This document shows, in pieces, positions 59,414-64,000 of a DNA stretch of 64,000 nucleotides (positions are counted from its first letter, which is position 1; the number at the start of each line of letters is the position of its first letter). This stretch comes from Acidobacteriota bacterium (lineage in GTDB: Bacteria > Acidobacteriota > Blastocatellia > RBC074): the NCBI GenBank assembly GCA_031423495.1, contig JANPFP010000125.1, positions 19,865 to 83,864 of the forward strand, in the 5' to 3' direction. The position numbers and the translations under genes are program-made. The notes under the pieces were generated by a model. The model was given only the letters and a program-made list of their open reading frames with translations, ran no database searches and was not told the DNA's origin.

Positions 59414-59991
59414 GTTGTTCGTTGCAGGTAGTACTGATGCAAAACGCCAGACGCGCTTCGTTAAGAAACGTGTCTGGCGTTTTTGCTGATCTATAGTAAC
59501 AAGCCTGAGGTGGGCGGTCAGGCTACCGCACAAATTACTCAGCACCGCCGGTTGCTAAGCCGAACAGTGTTGTCATCAAACCGCCTTCGGGTTCGAGGCG
59601 TTCGATCATCAGGTCAACTTGTTTGCGTCCGTCGCGGCGGGCGGTCAGGCGAAAGGCTTTGCGGCGGCGGCGCAGCACGTAATGCGTCGGGCCGCGATTG
59701 GCTTGTGCCGTAGACGGCGGCTGAAAGCCCCAGCGGAGCTTTCCGTTTTCGGTCTCGCTGATCAGGTTTTCTAAAATGCTGTCAGCTTCTGCGGTGGTTG
59801 GTTGGGTGTTCTCAGTAATCAATTCGGTCTCGTGGTAAAAAACGCCTGCGTTAATCCAGGGAGGAAAATTGCGTCGAGCGCCACTATAACAATCCCGCCC
59901 TGACTGCACTACTCAAGCCGCCAAGGTTTCGCGCTACTCGCTTCGCCGCGCAATCAGCCGCAGGCTGAAGTTACAGGTTAGGCAGGCGTAG

Positions 59992-60858
59992 TTATTTCTG
60001 TGTGGCGCTCAATGCCTCAGTGAAAAATCTCAACACACGCTGTTCGTATTCAGCCTCGGCTTTGGCGTGCAGGTTTTCATGCTGCGCGTCTTTCACAACC
60101 CATAAATCTTTCGGTGCGCGGGCGGCGTCGAACAGTTCCTGTGATTCGTTAAGTGGCGTACGCCGGTCGCGCTCGCCTACGATAAAAAGTTTGGGGAAGG
60201 GCAGTGCCGCGACGTGATCAATCGGACGTAAGGCTTCGCTGCCTACGCCGAGGCGCGGCTTGAGTTGCCATTCCAGCAAGGGCGTAAGGCCGCGCGCCCA
60301 GTTGCCGAGATAGTGGGTGACGCGGTTTTCGACGGCGCGATGGATGTCGGGATAAACCATTTCGAGAATCAGCGCATCGAGCGGCAACGGAGGTTCGGCT
60401 AAACAAATCGCTGCGCCGCCGAGCGAAATGCCCAACGCGCCGAGACGTTCGTGAGGAAACCGCTGACGTAAAAATTGCACGGCGGCTTGTGCGTCGCGGC
60501 TTTCGAGATAGCCGAACGTAATTTGTTTACCCGTGCTTTCGCCGTGCGCTTGCTGATCAATTTGGAGTACTCCAAAACCTGCCTGCCGCAAGAACGCCGC
60601 ACGCGACGCAGTTTCCAGCCGATTGGCGCGGACTCCGTGCAAGAGCAAAACTACGCCTTGATTGGGCTGCCCGTTGAATAGCCATCCGCGAATCGTGGCA
60701 CCAGAACGGCTGCTGAATTCGACGGCTTCGGCTCCATCAGGCGGCGCGGGCATCGTCGTGCGCGCAGGCCAACTCAACACCGTACCCGCCAGCCAAATGG
60801 CTACCGGCAAGGCTATTAAACTGAAAGCGAGCGAAATCCATCGTCGTTTTATTTTCAT
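59992..60858 (-). CDS. Alpha/beta hydrolase
   Basis: 288 aa. Signal/TM N-terminus. Nucleophile elbow GISLGGAA (GxSxG). HGV oxyanion region. Confidence 0.7.
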   Translation of the reverse strand: MKIKRRWISLAFSLIALPVAIWLAGTVLSWPARTTMPAPPDGAEAVEFSSRSGATIRGWLFNGQPNQGVVLLLHGVRANRLETASRAAFLRQAGFGVLQIDQQAHGESTGKQITFGYLESRDAQAAVQFLRQRFPHERLGALGISLGGAAICLAEPPLPLDALILEMVYPDIHRAVENRVTHYLGNWARGLTPLLEWQLKPRLGVGSEALRPIDHVAALPFPKLFIVGERDRRTPLNESQELFDAARAPKDLWVVKDAQHENLHAKAEAEYEQRVLRFFTEALSATQK

Positions 60859-61044
60859 ATCCTCAATACTTTCAGGCTTGAGAGTGCATTTTCAAAACTC
60901 TTTTATCGAAAATTCAAAAAACGTTTAAGACGGCGGCGGCGGATTGGACTACGCTGCGATGGTTAGCACGGAGTAAAGGTTTTCAAGCTAGACGCGAAGG
61001 GAAACGAGCTTTCACCTATCGCTCACAGAATTGGAGGGGGAGCC

Positions 61045-61773
61045 ATGTCGTACAGGGCAGAAGCAGCGCCGGAAGTGATGAACGCCGACCGGTTGGTGCC
61101 GACGATTACGCAATTGATCGTAAGGCAGGCGATGGAGCGCGCGGACGTGACGGCTTTGCTCGACCAAAAGACCGGACGCCGCATCAGTTATCGCCAACTT
61201 GCCAGCGAAACGCGCCACGCCGCCAAAGCTCTGGCCTTGCGCGGCTTGCAAAAAGGCGAAGTCGTTTGCCTGTACAGTCCGAACTTGCCTGAGTACGCCG
61301 TGGCTGTGCTGGCGGTGACATTGGCGGGCGGCGTGATTACGCTAGCGGCCCCGACACTCGAAGCCGACGCGCTGGCACAACGGCTGGCGGTTACGCACGC
61401 GCAATGGCTGGTGACCACCAAAGCACACTTGCGCCACGCGGTGTTGGCAGCGAGCCAGTCTTCGGTGCGACAGGTATATAGCTTCGATCCGGCGCTGGGC
61501 GCGCATCACGTAGGCGAGCTTTTCGAGACGGTGATGGCAGATAACGAACGGACGACGGAAGCGTTGATTGATCCGCAACGTGACATGATGGTCTGGTTTT
61601 TCGATAAGGCTGAATGCGGCAAGCCGTATCGTTATGCGGCGGTCGCTGCGCACTTGGCTGAATATCATTTGCCGAGCGGTGCGGTCGAGTTGAGCGGTGT
61701 TTCGCTGGCCGAGCCAGATTCTTTCTGGCTGTTACTCGCTGCGCTGGCAAATGGTAAGACGGTGTTGTTGTGA
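61045..61773 (+). pseudogene. Truncated acyl-CoA synthetase-like gene (N-terminal ~240 aa only)
   Basis: Similar to the N-terminal half of AMP-binding enzymes (VCLYSPNLPEYAVAVLAVTLAGGVITLAAP). It lacks the T[SG]G[ST]TGxPKG motif and the whole C-terminal half. The stop is followed by 2.2 kb of ORF-free AT-rich DNA. Confidence 0.4.
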
Positions 61774-64000
61774 AAAAAAGCGGCTTATTTTCCGTTACCA
61801 ACTATCTTTTACTGTAATGATTTTTAGATTGACGGAGTAACAGGTCGTATGTAGAATGCGCCCTGTTTGCTGCTAATGGATACCGAAAAAGGTAGCAGTT
61901 AGTTGGCTTCTGGTAGTAGATTTAGTTACTCACTCCTTAGCATCCCGCCGAAATTTCCAAAACGAATATCGTAAATTCACTTCCTCTGAGTTTTAGCGCT
62001 ATTGTTGTCTATGTGATTGGTTTGTTCCTCGTGCCTGAGTGACGTGGAATTGATGGGGTGATGGTGGCTGGTGAAGGTGTTGGCGATCAATTTTTCGTCC
62101 GAACCTCTTGAATTGCCTATCAGGCAGCGAGTTTTATCGCATAACCGTATTGATTGAAAATCAGTGTTAATCTGCCCTTGCACAGTGCTGGCCCGTACCT
62201 TTTACCGACCCACGAAGTCGAACTTTTGGTCGCCCGCTGTTTGCTCAAGTCGCCGAGTGTGTGCGTTGCCCACGAAGTAACACCTGCCTCGCCCTTGAGC
62301 CATTGGTTTCGCTAAAGATTAAATTGAATAATTCAGTCTGTTTCGGTTCGTTGGTATAACTCAAGCCTCCTCGCGCAATTCATTTAAGTTACTAATTAAG
62401 AGAACAAAACTGACGCTGAAAAGTGTTGGCGATTAATTATTTTTTGCAGTTAAGCGAAAATGACGGCATAGCTATGTCTATTATTAGCGAGCCGGTCAGG
62501 TGCTAGGCGTATGCGAGAGTTGAAAAAATACTGGCAAGCGATGGCGACCGCGTTGGAAAACGTGCGCGCGAACGATGAACAAGTTAGCGCGTCGAGAGTG
62601 CGCGTAGATATTGCTGGTTGTCGCGTGATGGCTCCGCCGGTGCGTCAACAGCAGGGAGCCAGTTACATCCCGCGCACCAGTACTGCGACGTTGTCAGAAG
62701 AGATAGAAGGAAGTCAGGGAGGTAAGCGATATGCGCCTTATGCGCCTTGTCCGAAAGATGCGTCGGGAAAATCCGCTACCCCAAATCAAGGGGCTGCGTT
62801 CCCTGAATTTTTCACTGCGGCCCTTCCGCTGGCGGATGACGTTTTATTTATTCCTATTGCGCCCGCAACGGCTCCCGCAAGCGATGTGCCTGCGCATCAA
62901 GTTGAGCGCGGAACAATGGCACGTTTCGTTTGAACGCCCGACGCAGGCTGCGTTTTTGGGGATTAAGCGTCCTTTCAGAGCCAGAGTTTGGCGTCCGCGC
63001 GTTATGTCAGTTCCGGTTCAACCGGAGATCGAAATCATTCCGTTGGCTCCGGTTTGGCGAGCCACGATGTAAGGATGATGTAAGCAGGTTTTTGAATTTT
63101 TGAGATTGCTCAGGCTGAAGCTTTCTGTGGCTTGCCGTTAGGCGAGCTAGTGACGACCATTTAAGTGCCCAAGGTTTAGTCACTCGTTATCGCGTTGACC
63201 CACGACAACCGCAGATATTGCCCCCCCACCCTGTCACCACGATGACAAACGGCTTGAGCAACCGCTCGCAACGACAGTGCGCCGACTTCGGTCGTCGTTG
63301 CGAGCCAATTTTCTTATTCGATTCTGCCCTAACCACTGGCGTATGGCAGGGGGCAAATTTGCCACACGCTGGCTGGTGTACGGTTGAGGCAGACAGATCT
63401 GTCACGGGGGTCTGCCTCAGCCGTTCTCCTAAAACACTCACTTTTAGGCAACTGATTTTTGACAAGCAAAAAGGAAAGGCGTTTTGCGTCTCGCAGGTAG
63501 AGGCAAAACGGCAGAAGTAACTAAATGTCTGAAAAAAGGTGCCCCTTTTTCGACCCACGCTTTTGCCGTTTTCCCTGTGCCTCACGGCACGCAAGTTACC
63601 TCGCCTCCTTTTTGCCTACTCCTGCTCTGCCGGTCGGTGCGCATTTGCAATCTGACCGGCATTTTTTTGTTTAGGCGGCGATAACGTAAGTAAATAAAGA
63701 GGAAAGCAAAAATCTTGAGAGTTGTTGTGATATTTGGAATCAATGACTTGATTACCACAGGTGCTGGCGTAACGGTGAGAGTAAAGCACCAGCCATTCTC
63801 AATTCACCATTCTCGATTCTTTGACAGAGGCAATCTTTACGGATGTTTTCTCTCTGTCTAAGCTCGACTTTGTACATTTTCAAAAGCGGGGACGCCATAC
63901 GTTATAAGTCTTTTGTTTTCAGCGCGGGGAATTTCTGAACATCAGCTTCTCGTCCTGATGTTCAGAAATTCAACTCTTGAAATGGCAACGTAAAGTCTTT

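Noticed and set aside
62511-62933. 140-aa ORF in the terminal AT-rich region
   Set aside because: Low-complexity translation, no motif, and surrounded by ORF-free DNA. Left unannotated; coding potential cannot be judged by eye.

Overview
This is a high-GC (~60%), densely coded chromosomal segment. Features such as an LVIVD-repeat protein with a Soli_cterm/TIGR03437-like tail suggest an Acidobacteria-type soil bacterium, but that is inference only. Most of the window is metabolic and housekeeping genes: acyl-CoA ligases, FabH, ACP, enoyl-CoA hydratase, KGSADH-like aldehyde dehydrogenase, FAH-family enzyme, ETF-QO, CrcB, MsrPQ, HemW, RNase HII, Dps and a flotillin. Several lower-GC accessory islets interrupt it. 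A type IV Mrr restriction gene sits beside MITE-like repeats. A PARIS-like AriA/AriB pair (ABC ATPase plus DUF4435/TOPRIM) lies immediately next to a divergent type II R-M module whose nuclease candidate is an HTH::PD-(D/E)xK fusion. The most novel candidate is a tight operon of two tandem TIR-only proteins followed by a Cys/His-rich protein, which could be an undescribed Thoeris-like module. An Rpn/YhgA-family nuclease gene is interrupted by an in-frame TAG. There is a HigB/HigA pair, a Uma2 endonuclease, and a 5'-truncated MazF/PemK toxin at the window start. At least three families of long, near-perfect palindromic or TIR-bounded intergenic repeats occur, one with four copies. The last ~2.2 kb is AT-rich and ORF-free, following a truncated acyl-CoA synthetase fragment. 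No rRNA, tRNA or CRISPR array was found.
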